DNA from: Vicugna vicugna | Lineage: Eukaryota | NCBI GenBank assembly: GCA_013265495.1 | Contig: MU058134.1 | Location: forward strand, 62,001-126,000 | Length of the DNA stretch: 64,000 nt | Direction: 5' to 3' | Shown: one piece after another, positions 14,051-28,620 of the stretch | How the letters are laid out: each line of letters begins with the position of its first letter | Numbering within the stretch: position 1 is the first letter of the stretch | Notes under the pieces: generated by a model | Databases searched by the model: none | Seen by the model: only the letters and a program-made list of their open reading frames with translations | What the model was told of the DNA's origin: nothing | Made by a program: the position numbers and the translations under genes

Positions 14051-14105
14051 AGTTTATAAAAAGTCATCCTCTAATTGGAAGTTTATAAAAAGTCATCCTC
14101 TAATT
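14051..14105. repeat. Perfect 26-bp local duplication with a 3-nt spacer
   Basis: agtttataaaaagtcatcctctaatt-gga-agtttataaaaagtcatcctctaatt. Confidence 0.95.
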
Positions 14106-17100
14106 TTCCTTTCTTAGTGGTGTATTGACCACAGTAATCCATCTTTGAATTGATGGCACCTTACAATGAATGAAATACAATTGCTCTCAACCTGTAGGGA
14201 CTTCAGATATGAAAGCAAAAAAAAAAAAAAATAGAAATACAGTAGGTCAAATGAAAGCCCTGTGGATTTCCTCTGAATAAAGATGCAGTAGAACAGTTAC
14301 TCTGCCCACACGTGCGGCTGATTCTAGACACACACTGACCTTTCTAGTGCACCTGCACAAAGGTAGCCCTGTCTCCTATAACAGCACCTTAGAATATCAA
14401 TGCCCAGGTCTCGTTTTCATAAATAATGCAGGCACTAGGACTACTTTACCTTGACTGCTTATTCTCCATTCTCCAAAGCTTATAGCTTATACCCAGATGA
14501 TGTAACCTTACCATTTGCATTAATTCATGGATTTGAAACCGACCCTCTACAGCTTCCCTGGGGTAGTTAATTTCATTTGTATGCATATAAATAGCCAAGG
14601 CTGACATAAAAATTAATGAACTATTTACTTTAGGAGCCTATGCCTAGCTCCTAAAAAGCAAGCAAATGCTTAAGTTTATTAAAATACAATTAAAGCTATA
14701 AAGCCTTAAATACTGGAGATACTGTCAAAAATGGGTGGTTTTTAAGTTGGAAAAATGTAAACTAAAAGCAAACTTAAAATGAGAAGGAATAATTGTGGAG
14801 CACTTTTTTCATCTTTTTGATCATTCCCACCAAAATATAGTCTGATTCTGGTACCACCATAGAGTTCAGGAGGCAGTCTAGTGTTAACTCAAACCAATCA
14901 GGAACAATGGTGGTTCAAAGGGTCTGGGGTTTAGGCTAGAGATGAACAAACTTTTTAAGACTGCCTTCAATGAGTGACTATGCCTGTCACCATTTTTATA
15001 GTCCTGAGTATTACTGCCTTGTAGTATGAGCATTTTTACATGTTTTATATGTTTCGATGATAAATTCCTCAAAAACAAGAACTGTCTAATTTGACCATGT
15101 CTGTTTGAAATACTTTCCAGTAGATGTCACTGCCAACACCCCATATGAATTAACCTTGGCTTTGCCAATCTTCCCCACGTTAATTCTGTGGAACTTCTTA
15201 ACATGCCTTCTACAATGTAGCCTTAATTCCAGCTAATTCTTGTCTTGTTGAATGCTCATCTTACCAAGTACATCTTGATTTCAGGGTCTAGATTTTGTCC
15301 CTAATTTTGAAGTTGCTGAGGTTTCTGTTTTTAAGTTTTTCATTTTTAAGGCATACAATACAGCATAGCTTCCTCCAGTTTCCATTGCTTTAGAGAACCA
15401 AGTTGGCAAGAGCCAAAGTTCAGCACAAAAAAGAGGATATAATTTTCACTGTTTAATTTGACACTGACTATATGCATATTAGTCTTTATTATTTAATATC
15501 GTACATAAAGATTTTCTATAAGACTATATAAATACCTGTTCTTTTCTTTGGGAGATTTCTTCTAAGTAAAAGAAGAATGTATAACTGAAAGACTCAATAT
15601 TAAATAATCTGTTTATACCAACAAATTATATTACTGGCCAAGCTGCCTTTTGGCCCCCTATATGTCTTTGTATTTCAAAGTATCAAAACTTAACCAATGT
15701 GAGTCATTTAGAGAGCAAAACCCACAATTCTAATGAACATAAATGCACTTGATCAAACAAATTAAAAGCAAAAGGAAAGCTGAGAAATTTAACTGAGGTG
15801 CAGAGTATAAAGAGAAGGAGGATGAAGCCTAGGAGATCTGTACTCAACGGTTCTCATTATTCCATGTGAAGAAACCTAGGGAGGCCCAAAAGCAAATTAT
15901 TCTTTCAGCAAAGAACTCCAGCTAGTGACACCTCCTGGTTCACAGACAGGAATGCTTAAAAATACCCACTTTGCAAAATCCTTTCTTGTTCCACATAAGA
16001 TCATTCACTGCCTCAAAGTAATTTGCTAAGTGGTGCTGTTTGACCGGACACTTGTGGTTTGGCCCTGGGCCAAGGCAGTTGGCTGTGCCTATCACCTGGA
16101 GGCCACTTGAATGTTACAAGAACAGCAGACCTGATGTTTCTGGATTCCTACCACATGGTGCAGCCATAAATGAGCAGTAGTGAATTAGATGAACACATTT
16201 ATAGGCTATTTCATTTGGCCATGTTTGTAGAGAGCAGTCACAGAACTATTACATGAGAAAATGCTTAAAAGAGGTCGTATTTAATGCATGGTATCTATGA
16301 AAGCTGGAGTTACTAAAAAACACACAAGCCTAAAATAAATAGAATTTGATTCAAATGCCTTAATATAACACCTTCGTCTTCTGATCACATATTATATTAG
16401 ATTTACTGATACGGTTGACATGTGCTGAAAGCTGCTATGCATCTGTTATATCCAATCTCCAATTATATCCAATCTCCAATATCCTTTTAAGAAAAAGAAA
16501 AATATATATAATTTGGAACACAAGTCTGTATATCTAAAAAGCTCATTCGATGATAGTATCAAATGCATCCACAATTCAAATGCTCTGTTTCTATTTATAA
16601 AAGTTTCAAATGTATTTTACCATTTTAGTAATGTAAAACAATCTGTCAAACTAAGCAGCCAAATGCTGAAACAAATCATGAAGGACCTCTTAATCAGAAG
16701 ATCTTTCTTTTAGAAGTAGTTTCAAAGATTTGACAAGATACATATTTTAAGAAATTTCTCACATGTGCTGATCTCAAAAAACTCAAGTTCAGATTTAAAG
16801 AGAAACAATCTATAATCTATAATGTCAGTAACTGCAGAGCGTTTTCAGATATCCCAGACACAAGTAAGGCAAAGGCATTAATCAACGAAATATGGGAAAT
16901 TTTATATTAGTACTTTACTAGTTGATAATTTGAAATTCTTTAAGAAAATGTAACTTTTGAACTTTAAGCATTCAATGTAGAACCTAAAATTTGCTATCAA
17001 GTATACACTAATATATTACAAGCTTGTTAGCTAACTTTTAATTTCTAGCTACCAAGGAAACCATTTTTTAATTGGAAAATAATTTGTTAAGAGTACAACG

Positions 17101-18890
17101 GCATAATACTGACCTGAATTTTTTTTGAGACTAGGAGGCTATGGTCAGCATTAATGACCAAGTCCCAGGGGCCTTACTAGGAAAAAATAAATTGTTTACT
17201 ATTTACCCTTATTAATAGACCTGAGATTTATTCCATCTTTCAGTACAAAAGAATACAAATTGATGAAGGTAAGAAAGAAAGAAAGAAGGAGGGAAAGAGG
17301 AAAGAAGGAAGGAAGAAAGGAGGGAAGAAAGGATTAAAAATAACTGAACATTTAATGAAAAATATTTATATTATATATGTTGATTGTTTTCCCTTCTCAT
17401 ATATTCCTCTGTTGCTTCAAATGTTAAGATACAAGCTTTTAGTAGATCTCACTGATTCAAGATCATAATTAAAAGTAAAACCTTCCCATTTATCAAGATT
17501 ACAAACTAATCTGTTGAAGAATCAAAATAAATTCATCTCAGTATGTTTGGTACTTGACTCCAGCCATACGTTTTATGAATCCTTGGCTAAAATAATAACA
17601 AAGACAATAATAATGAATGGCAGAGACCATGTATACTCAGCCCAGTGGCTGTATTGGACACTTCCAGTAGTTTTTATAACCAACCTTTGGGAGTTCAGTA
17701 ACTTTTAAAGCATCTACCAAGAAAATCCTCAAGAAAGATAAATTATAAATACTTTAAAAAAAAAAGCTATTTTGGACTTTTATATGATGGAGATCACTGC
17801 ATCACAAAAGGGCCAATTCATCTGACTACTCATTCATTTCTAATCGCATTTTAATTGCATCAACTTTAAAACAGTCTGCTCAGTATTAAAGGACTAGTGA
17901 GTGTAAGGAATACAAGTGAATTCACCTTTTTCAAGCAACTCGACATACCAGGCTTGCTGCCTTACGTAAGTTATTCTATTTACCCCTCAGGAAATCCCTT
18001 AGGTAGACAAGAATTATTAACTCTGTTTTTACATATCAGGGGACTAGCTCACACAATTTAGTCATGTGAAAGGGGATTCTGTCTATTTCTCAACTCCAGG
18101 TTCTCTGTCACCCTCCCCCATTTCTACATATTGTGCCTGGAACTGCCTTGTCACCTTTTGTCACTTGGCTGGCTCCCCCTCATCCTTGGTGTCTATGATG
18201 CTTACCTCCCTCTAAAAGTAACTCTTTGTAACTTGTCTTCCCCAGTGGACTGTGATGTCCTTGGGGACAGGGTTTTGCCTTTTTTTCCTTTGGGTTCCCA
18301 GCCTTGCCAGCAGTGCCTGGCATGTGGTAGACATTCACCAAATGTTAGCAGAATGAACCAAATTCCCTTCCCCATTTTGTGCTTTTTATGTAGAGAACTA
18401 AAAAAATGCATGTCCATATAAAAATCAGAATTTGATCTCTTTATCAAGCTGGTCCTTCCTTATGTTGGGCTCTCACCTAGAAAGTGTGTGTGGGGGGGTC
18501 ACATTTAACCCTCACACAAATATGCCATACTACAAATACAGATGGCAAAAGAGTTTCCCAGGACCATGTTAGGATAACAAAGCAGAGACTAACATAGTTC
18601 ATCAGTTTTAAATTATTTCTACAAAAGTAACACAGGTACACACGTAGGACACATACTTAATATATACAGATGGAGATCACATTTAACAGTAAATCAAAAG
18701 TTAATGCTTTAAAACAAAAATACAACAATATGCTGCTTTTAGTTAAGGCAAGGGACAAGATGAGAAAGAAGACACCTGGAGTTTATCTGCGTGCAGGCCA
18801 CTGTGGGGTGGGGTAGGGGGAGGTTCTGAGAGGACAGCAGTGGTTCTAAATGGATTATGCCTTTCTCCCTGCTGTGAGCAGAGAGCTTAC

Positions 18891-18950
18891 TGTCCCCTGG
18901 GGAACATGTCCCTGGGGAAAATATCTGCTTACAGAGCAGCTGAGTACGAC
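18891..18950 (-). other. Candidate 60-nt exon
   Basis: Minus strand: branch-like cctaat, then ttaccactttactgtAG|G; donor ACA|GTAAGC. Confidence 0.3.
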
Positions 18951-20279
18951 CTACAGTAAAGTGGTAAATTAGGTCTAGATCAGACACACTAATTCTACTC
19001 TTCCTTTTGGGTTACAGACAGTACAGAAAAGTTTCCTCCCCAAGGCAAAATTGAGAGGAAAAAAAATTTCTTTCCTTCCACCCACAGTAAATATTTGAGC
19101 AAGTTTAGAAGCAAATTGATTTTAAAAACAAACAAAAACAAAGCAGCCTTTCTATGCCCTCTTCAGGGTCCCCAGAGTTGCACTGAGCAGGCTGGCGGAT
19201 GCTGTCTCAGAATCCGGGAAAAACAAACAAACAAAAATTTGTTTTCTTCATCCCTCTCCCTTCTCCAAACTGAAATTTATTTCAGGGAGCCCTGTGGGCA
19301 GAACAACCAAATTTAGAGCCACTATTGCCCAAGGACAAACATATTCTAGTCTCAACAGAAAACTTCCCAACGGTCTGAACTCTCTCTGGGGAAGCAGCAG
19401 AGATGACTGCGGGCAATCTGGCTCCATACCTGTAATCTCCACTTGGCCAAGACAAAGTGAGTTTTATTAGCCACTTCAATACCAAGGAAGGTCACCCAAA
19501 TGATGATTTTTACTACAATTAGCTTAGAGCACAGCCATAATATATTTCAGCTGCAGCGCAGTCCTATTGGAAAGTAAATAAAATTCTTTCATAATTCAGA
19601 AATATCATAAAAACTACTTCCAATGTGATCCTTAATACAAAATGGACAGTTACCAGTATAACTGAGGGCAGGCGCATGGACATAAAGGATGTCCTTTGAA
19701 AAAATATTGGCACATAAAAGCTTATATGGATCATAAATAACATTTATAAGCACTGTAACTCTGCGGAAAATGCACACTAGTTGTGGATCACCCTAGAAGC
19801 ACTGACTGTCAAAATAACTACCTGGTTGGGTCTCACTTAATCCGTGGTATTAGTATTATCAACAGCAAGAGTCAATTTTTAATTTTTTTTTTTAAGGATA
19901 GCAAGTAAGCAAATTGGATGCCAATAAAAGACATTTTATAGTTTATACCCATACCTATCTTGAGGCCTGAAAACAAACTCCTTTTCAGTATATTAAAGAA
20001 CAAAACATTAAATATATTAACGTGTTTTATAAATTTTGAAATGTATAGACTACTGTGGATCTTCATTGTATGCTGGTCAGACTGCTGAACTGAAGAGCTG
20101 CTACCATATTGATTCCTTTATAATGATCAAAATGAGTTTTTCATGACCCAGTTGTATTGCTACTTACCATAATGAAATGAATTAGATTAATTAGCATGGT
20201 ATAACAATGACAGAAAATGATGTGGATAGAGATAGATGAATACCTTTGTGCCTTAAGAACCCTGTTAAGAAAGTTAATA

Positions 20280-20485
20280 ATAATATGTCACAACTGTAGA
20301 GTTTTTATATGCCACAGAGTATGCTAAGTCTGTTATGTAATTTATCCTGTTCATACTGACAACACACCCTTGAGATAGCTGTATTAGTAGCCCTGTTTTA
20401 CCAGGTTGGGATAAAATGCTTACAGAGTTTATGCAATTTTCCTGGGTTCACTAAACTGGGAAGCTACAGAGCTGGGCCTCAACCA
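20280..20485 (-). mobile_element. MIR SINE
   Basis: gccacagagtatgctaagt...acaacacacccttgagatag...ccctgttttaccagg...cagagctgggcctcaacc. Confidence 0.65.
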
Positions 20486-23400
20486 CTATATAAAAGGACA
20501 TAAAAGACCACCTCTATCTTGATTTTTAATCTATCCAACTTGCAGAAACTGAGGCTTTTTCCTCCCCATTTGATTTTTTTTCATAACTTTGGAATTTTTT
20601 TTATTGAGGTATACAGTCTGCTTACAAAGTTGTGTTACCTTGAAAATATTTTAAGTTAAAAAATTCCAGTGAACATATTCATCCCCCATTTTAATTTCTT
20701 AATGTGGCTTTGAAATCCCCACAAACTCCAGGGTTTCTCCTCTAGCTATCCTTCCCAAGGTCCCTCCAAGCCTGTCTTCTCCTCCCCCACCATTATTTAA
20801 TATCAGAGGACCTCGTTTCTGTTCTCCTAGGACACGCCCTGCCTACCACATCTCACTCTTGCCCATGACTTCAAATACCATCTCTATGCCATTGAATTCA
20901 AATGGCAGAACTAGTCCTAAAGTGCAGAACCACTCAGGAAACACAGGAATCAAGTGTTTAGGTACTCATTAAGCATAAACTAATCAAAATTACAGCCACA
21001 GAATTGTAAACTGCTTTAAATAAAACATTAATAAAAATGAACATTTCTCAGATAAAAACTGGCCCCAATTAACCTTTCACATATTTAAGAATATGAAGAA
21101 CTTGGCTTTATTTCTTTACTGCTGTTATTTGTACCATCCATTTTCACCTTGTTATTAAAATATATGATACATATACACACAAAAGTACTCTGGATATCTG
21201 TGATCATGACCTTAAGTTTATGACTTGGAAGACACTGTACTTACATTTAATGAAACAGATGATTTCACTATTTGAAATCCAACGGGTTGATTATTGCACT
21301 GAAACCAACTGTGACATTGTATTGGTGGTGTATTAAGACCTTGTCCAAAGTGTAAGCAACATTCAGTCTAACATATGACCCAAATTTTCTGAGTCGACAT
21401 CATACACACAAAAAACATCAAATGTTTGGGGTGAGTAGTGAGGGGCCACAGAAGTTCGTAGAAAGGAGAGCTGCTGTCAGCGTCAGAGCTATCTGGGGCC
21501 TCAGCCCCTATACCAAATCCTTTACTGCAGCACTGAGAAAGCCAACAGTTGCAGGACTTTCCACAACAGTCATGGTCTTCAAACTTAATGTATCCTTCTA
21601 AAGTAATTTTATAAAACTATGCACCCCTCACAGACTTTGAGGTTGGTATTTAATTTTTTTCTTGGCCAGCTTAAATAGCAAGGGGTATAAGCTCTAACAC
21701 ATTAAAATATTAATATTTTGGGATAAACTTACATAATTCTTTTAATAATCCAGAGTAATCTAAATACTAGTGAGAACTACATGAACAAGATCCTATTTAC
21801 AGCTGGAAATTTGACTTTGTTCCTATTTCTTTTTGAACTCAGATTTCTATCCCCACTGAATTTTATCCTAAAATGGTAAATTTTATGCTTGAAAGTTTTT
21901 TTTATTGATCATATTTCTCTGCAATAAAAATATGTAAAAATGACTTTTAGAAAAATTCCTCATGACCATATAACTCTAAGTATAAAAAAAAATGTTTCTT
22001 CCGGATTGAGTTATAAATTATTTGAAGAGCACAATCATCAAAACAAATGTATCTCAAGTTGCAATGAATAATTATTAAACAAAGGTCACAATTACTGGAA
22101 ATGAATGTCTTAATGACATGGATAGTTTGGCTTTTTTCCATTTATTTCATGTATTTCATGGGTGACTATTACTTAGTGCTAAAAGGAGACAGGGACCAGC
22201 ATCAATTTTCTTCCTTTTTTTTTTTTTTTTATTTTTTTTTTTTTTTTTTAATCTTTATTACTATAACTGTGGTGATTTTTTGTTCACATAAATAAGTAGA
22301 TGGAAATGGAAGAAACTCCTTCCTTTATAGCAGTGTCACTCAAATGTTTGAACTCCTCAGTTACATGCGAAAAGTCAGTGATCTTTCATCAAAAATTATT
22401 TTAATCACATACTGGCTGACAACCCTATTAGGCCCCTCTGCAACTTCACTTAAAGTAGAGAATTGTAAACCACCTGACTTGCAAATGGATTTGTTACCCA
22501 TTCATCAGAGCCATTCCAACTGTCAATACTACAACTAAATTGCCTCTCTTTCTCTCTCACTCTTTTTTTGGGAAGTGGGTATTCTCAAAGCTCTGAGTCT
22601 ATATACCAGTGGGAAATCCTCATATAACTCCACAGTATGCACGCTCCAGTTTAAAGCTCACTACATAACAGCATGATAGCAATTTATATTACATTTAGAT
22701 ATGTTCAGTTGTCCTAGAAGTATACCGGTAAGTAAACCTGGAGCATATAGTACGTTTGAATCAAATATCTTTAAATGGAAGCTCTCCCAAGGATCTCCCT
22801 TTTATTATCAGCAAATCAACACACACACATTAATGGTTCAAATATCTATCACAAGTAATTCAGTTTTAAGACAAGTTATGCAGAAACCTTCCAGAGAATG
22901 CCAGGATTTATTTTTACATTCCTCAGCAAGACTGTATCAGTCAAACTAGGCAGTGAATGCATTATTAGCAATATCCATTTATCCATTCAGTTATCATTTT
23001 TGGACAACAACTAGAAGATATATTTCCTTAGTTGGGTTCAGAGAAATAGAAAATTGGCTCAAACTTAATGTTTCCTGGCTACGAATATCACTTTTTAAAG
23101 AGTTACAGGGAATTATTAAAAAACCAGCCAAGTACTTAATGCAGTGTTGAGCAGTTTTCTAGCTTTACGAGGCTGGAAACTGAGGCTTTTATTGTTCTGT
23201 GGTAAATCCATGGAACTCACACAACCAGATGCACACAGTGCAGCTAGTACACACAATGTACCAACCACGCAACCTCCAAAAAACCTAATGTGTGTCAAAG
23301 TTTCTTTGTAGAACGTAGCTCATTTAAAAATGTTTATTTTCTGTTTGGATTTTTAGCATATCTTTGTCATGAGATAAAACTGCATGAGAAATTTTACTTA

Positions 23401-23679
23401 CTAAGGAAGAAAATAAGAAATAAGGGAGTACATGGCTTCTGCTAGACACTAAAATCACAAGGCAAAAATGTTTATATTTTTAATTTATGAATTAATATCT
23501 TTCTGTGCTTTCCCCCCCAGTTTTTCCTACAGGAACTACATTGAGGCAGACCTCCCCTGTCCAGCAATGTCAAATGAAAAGCGATATACTTACTGATAAA
23601 GCAGAGGTGTGGATGTCTTCTCTTCCTTGTTTTAAAATCACCTCAACATATGTTGCAGTCCACACACCCTTTCTGTGTG

Positions 23680-24654
23680 CAGGGGTAGACAGCTTTCTAA
23701 GATAATTCTCAACAACCCACACCCTTGTCAAATCATCTCCATCTTTGGTACGAGACACAGCTATGAAAACAGTGGGCATCACTCAGGTGATTAGGTTACC
23801 GGGTACAGCTGATGTGAAGAAAGCAGAGTCTCCCCCGTGGGCCTTGTCCCATCACGTGAGTCCTTTAAACCTGCACGTAGACATCAAGTCAGAGATCTGA
23901 AGCACGAGAGGGAAATCCTCCTCACTGGCTTTGAAGATGGAGGGGACCACCTCATAAGGAAGGCAGGTTGCCCCTAAAAGCTGAGAGCAGCCGGAAAGGA
24001 AAGAAAAATCTCAGCCCTTTGAGTGCCAGGAACTGAACTCTGCCACAATCCTGGGAGCTTGGAGGAGGACCTCGAGTTCAGATGATAATGTAGCCTAACT
24101 GACATCTTGATTTTAGCCTCATGAGACCCAAAGCAGAGAAGCCAGTCTCATCAGCCCAGTTGTCTCATCTACAGAACTGTGAGCTTGTAAACAAGTGTTT
24201 CAAGGTGTCGTGGGCTTGAAAACCGGTCCCCCAGGAGCATGGAGGGCACGGAGAAACTGAAGGAAGAGGCAGGCCACTCCAGACCTGCAGATGGCAGTTT
24301 CACAAGCAAAGGAACGTACTTACGAGGCTTGTCTCGGGTGGGCCAGGCCTGGGAGATCTCCGCATCTGCCTGCCAGAATCTTAAAAGTTTCTACAGAGGC
24401 CTTAACAGGGCTCAGTCACGTATCCAGTCCAGATAGTCCTGACAACACTACTCTCACAAGGCTATGTCCTTGAAACAGTTCCTAGTGTGGGAACGGTGGA
24501 CGGAGCAGATATTTGAAGGACAGGAGAGGGTCTAAGGGGCCTCCAGTTGCTCAGGTCCAGCTAACAGCCACCCAGGGTCATGTCCCCTTGGTGACCTCCT
24601 CCACCAGGTGCTAGGTGTGCGGTAACTTACTACACAACAGCAGGAGACTAACAT
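23680..24654 (+). mobile_element. MaLR LTR (MLT1-type) interrupted by a younger LTR
   Basis: ctggctttgaagatggagggg, aggaactgaactctgccaca, acatcttgattttagcctcatgagaccc, ctacagaactgtgag; 3' end resumes after 24606. Confidence 0.85.
24206..24606 (-). mobile_element. Solo ERV LTR (~400 bp) nested in the MLT1
   Basis: TG...CA ends, aggtg repeated at both junctions, LTR-like interior; splits the MLT1 3' motif. Confidence 0.7.
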
Positions 24655-25330
24655 ATGGGCATTTCTCAGATGCACCACTAGGGAGATTGAAATACCTTCA
24701 AAATGCCCAATAGGGCACTACTCTTCCACCATCCAAGGCAATACATACCCTGTCTATCTGCCGGTTTTGGCTCTGCACTGTGAACCGAAGTCCACGAGTG
24801 TCCACTAAACAGAAAATAAACTTCCTTGATGGAAAACCAAGAACTGAAGCTATACTACATTTGAAAAATAAAAGATGAATGACACTGATTCTCTGCTTCT
24901 TTATTTCTCATTCTGTTTACTGAGCCTCTGAACTGTGAGTGAACAACACTTTGCACTTTGCTTCTATAAACATTCTCATTTAACTTCCACAACTTCATGA
25001 AGTAGTGACACTCTCATTTCAAAGATGAGAAAACAGTCCTAGAAACTTATCTTTAACATAATGTTTTCTTAATCTTTATCTCACCTATATTTTATAGCTA
25101 ACGCATCTCTCCACCAAAGACTCCATCTTCATTTTGCATATGACACCTTTCTAATAGCCACATCCCATATACTTCACCACCAAAGCAGTCTATGGATTTT
25201 GAGTCCTCTCATTCTTAGTTCTTGACTCGATTCTTTGGAATTATGCACTTGAGCATGCTGTCCCCTGATTTTGCTGCTAGGACACTTTGTTCATACACTG
25301 ACTGTGTCAACTGGCTAAACTTCCCTGGAA

Positions 25331-25505
25331 CAGTGATTATCCAGTCCCAGTAGCACATGAGAATCACCCAGGAGCATTAAAACTCTGCCTGCACCCCAGT
25401 GCCAGAGATAACGATTTGATTCACCTGAATGTATGGCCTGAGCTTTGAAATATTTTCAGATCTTTCCCAGAAATTCAAAGACGGAGGCAAGATTTAGGAC
25501 GACTG
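25331..25505. mobile_element. MER5-type hAT MITE
   Basis: cagtgatt...gcacatgagaatcacccaggagc...ggcaagatttaggacgactg. Confidence 0.65.
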
Positions 25506-27287
25506 ATATGGAGTTGGCTCATACTTTGGAAGGAATTTACAGGGAATTCCTGGACTGGAAGCAATGGAAAAAAGGAAACACTAACATAGACTGTGGGGTC
25601 CTGCTTTTGCCCCAAAGTGTCTACCAGGGGAAGCTGAGGCCCCCCTACTGTAAGAATCACTGAAAAGTAGCGCAGCTAGACGTGCTAAGCGTTTCACAGC
25701 TGTGTTGATCCAAAGGCCTGTGGTCCTTTCTATTATAAGAGTGTAATTTTAAAAGATTTACACTGTTGCTTTATTTAATGTTTCCATTTAAACCTGTTTA
25801 AAAGAAGCATCTTCATTTTCTAAAATCACCGTTTCTAGTCCTCTTTGTCCTCTCCTTTAATTCAGCTTAATATATAATGTTATGCTTTTGATTTGGGCTT
25901 TCACTTAACTGTTCACAACTTCTTTTGTCTTTTCTTATTATTTTTCTGTATCCTATTTAAAATGTTTCATCATTTTTCTTTGTGATACATTTAGCCAGTT
26001 TCTTAATTATTTGTGCGAAATAGGAACATCTCCATTAGCAAAAAGACAAATGCATACAGTAGAAAGCAAATTTGCATGTACAATGCCAACCCCAAAGGCA
26101 AAGCTCTCTTACACTCTACAATCCATTCATGCCTAATTTTTTCAGTTTCTTGCGTACATTAAATCTCTCTGGCCTGCAGGCTTTCTTAGATGTTATTCCC
26201 TCTGCCTAATTTTTCCCTGGTTAATTCTTCCTTCCTTTTCTGGTTTCAGTTAAACATCAGTTTTTTCAGGAATGTCTTCCAAGATGACGTGTATCTTTCC
26301 AGACTTTGAATGCATATAAATATATTTATAAATGGGATTGCTCCATACGTATAGTATTTATTTTCATTCAATAGGATGTCATGAGCTTTTCCAGGTCAGT
26401 ACATGTAAATATAACTCATTCTTTAACTTCATAGAATTCCACTTTTTGTTAGTTTGTTGATACTCTATCATATTTATTAATTAGTTTGATATAATCTTTT
26501 ACCAGTGGAATTTACGGTGCACTCAAGAATCTTGTACATACATATTAGACCACCTGTACGTTTATGTGCTTAGATCCCTCAAATCAAGTCACAGAGTCAA
26601 AAAATTTCTCATTGCAATTTAACACTAATTTTGACACATTTTACCAGATTTTTATCCAGAAGTCTTCTTTGTAATTTATACTTCCATTAATAGTATTAAT
26701 TATTATAATCTTTTATCTTTTATTTTATTTGTTAAATGTTAACTCATTATCTATTTTAACTATTGTAAAAAGCTCTTTATATTTATCTCAATCAATATAT
26801 GTATCAACTGTTATGAATCATTCAGTAATCATCAAAGTGATTCCTTTCACAGAACTGTGAGAATTGAATAGTGCAAACAGGTCTCCAGGTTAAAATTTTA
26901 AATCTTAACTCACCTATCAAATTCATGAAAGATAACTGAACGGTAATAACAGCTTTCCTAAGAATTTACATTGCTTAACTGGAGCCTAATCCAGCAAAAA
27001 CCTCACAGGATCTAAAATTAATTTTCATGTGTAGGAGGCAGACTGTTTCAGAAGTACATGTAAAAACTAAAAATAAATGGCAGGCCCAATATCATTGTTT
27101 TTCTTCTTAGTGTAGGTCAGTGCTGCATTTTAGAACATTATGTAAGATCTTTATTGCATTTATATATATGTTGAAGTTATGAATAGCATACCATTTCACA
27201 CATTTGCCAAAGCCTTGGAAGTAAAAATGTTAGTGTAATTACTATCAGAGTAGTGTCAACTGAAGAATTAACAGGAGCAACAACAGT

Positions 27288-27317
27288 AATTAATAATAAT
27301 AATAATAATAATAATAA
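27288..27317. repeat. (TAA)n microsatellite
   Basis: taattaataataataataataataataataa. Confidence 0.95.
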
Positions 27318-27959
27318 AACCTGAGACTTCAGTTTAGAAAATGGAGTCTCTGACAAAATATTGGTTCACTTTTGCTTTTTACTAATGGAAAATTAACAAC
27401 AACAACAAAAATTCATCAAGAACAATTGCATAAAATGTCCAGTTTTAATTTATAATAGGATATCCTAATATGCTTAATATTGTGAATGGAAAACATATCC
27501 TTAACTATTTACCCTCATTTGGCTGAGAATACAAAGTAGTAAATGATATTTACGTTGCAGCAAATACCTGCTAATTAAACAAGTGGCTAATGGGGAAATA
27601 GAGAATATTAAGATATATTTCATAGTCCAGGCATCATCATTCACTTTAGAGGTTATAAAGTTAAAAGGAGTGATATGGAAAACAACAGATATAATAATGC
27701 TTGTGATATCAGATACAGTCACAGACAAGAAATAGAAACCAAGGGGTATATGTGTGTGTCTCCCTCTTGTACACACATGCACACTTACACATACCTGTCT
27801 GCAGTCTTACAGATTTGTAGGGTTGGAGGGACGTTGTATCCCATTTGGTTCAAGATCGCTAATAATCGCTTATCAGAGTTCCCTCTAACACATCTGACCC
27901 AAGGCTATCTGGCCAAGTCATGTCCCTTCCTAGTGATAGGCAGTCCATTCATTCCACAC

Positions 27960-28620
27960 ACCATGGTAATTTCAGGGAGCTTTTCAGCTCTTCACCGGAC
28001 ATCTCAATAAGAAAGTCCCACAGGCATTTCCAAATCAATCTATCCAAATTCAAAGTCATGTTATTCCCTGCTGCAAAACTGTTTCTTTTCCAAAATCGTT
28101 CCCTGTCACAGTTAATAGCCCTACTACTCCACCAAGCTAGACCTTGTGGCAATATCTCTGATCCACTCCCTTCCGCACTCCTACAGCCTGGCACACAGCA
28201 GGCACTGAGTAATAATACGTAAATGGGAAAGAAAGAAAAAATAAAGGGAAGAACGGAGGAGAGGAAAAAGGGAAAGAAGAAGGGAGTGAGACGGATAGGG
28301 AGAAGTGGAAGGAGGGCATTTCTTTCAATTTGGGGTTAAATTGAGGCCCAAAGGCACTGTTTCTATTGCATTTCCACACTGATGACCCTTGGTCAGGCAA
28401 CTCTGTCTCTTATCGGATTACTGCAATAGCCTTCTAACTTCTCTCCTGCCACCTGGCCACCATTCTCTTGTCTCTCTAAACAGTTCCATCAGAACAGTAA
28501 TGGTCACCTCTGGTTGAAAAATATATTTAATGGATCCCACTCTTTATAAATCATGTTCAAATTCCTTAGCTTAATTTGGGCTCTTAAATCCTATTCTTAG
28601 TATGCTTTTACATTTCCATC
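27960..28620 (+). mobile_element. L2 fragments
   Basis: caggcatttccaaatcaatctatccaaa, ggattactgcaatagccttctaact, tcaaattccttagc are L2 3' motifs. Confidence 0.7.

Noticed and set aside
7563..26915. Other isolated minus-strand donor-like motifs (near 7570, 10575, 20167, 21244 and 26913)
   Set aside because: No convincing paired acceptor or promoter context; such motifs are frequent by chance
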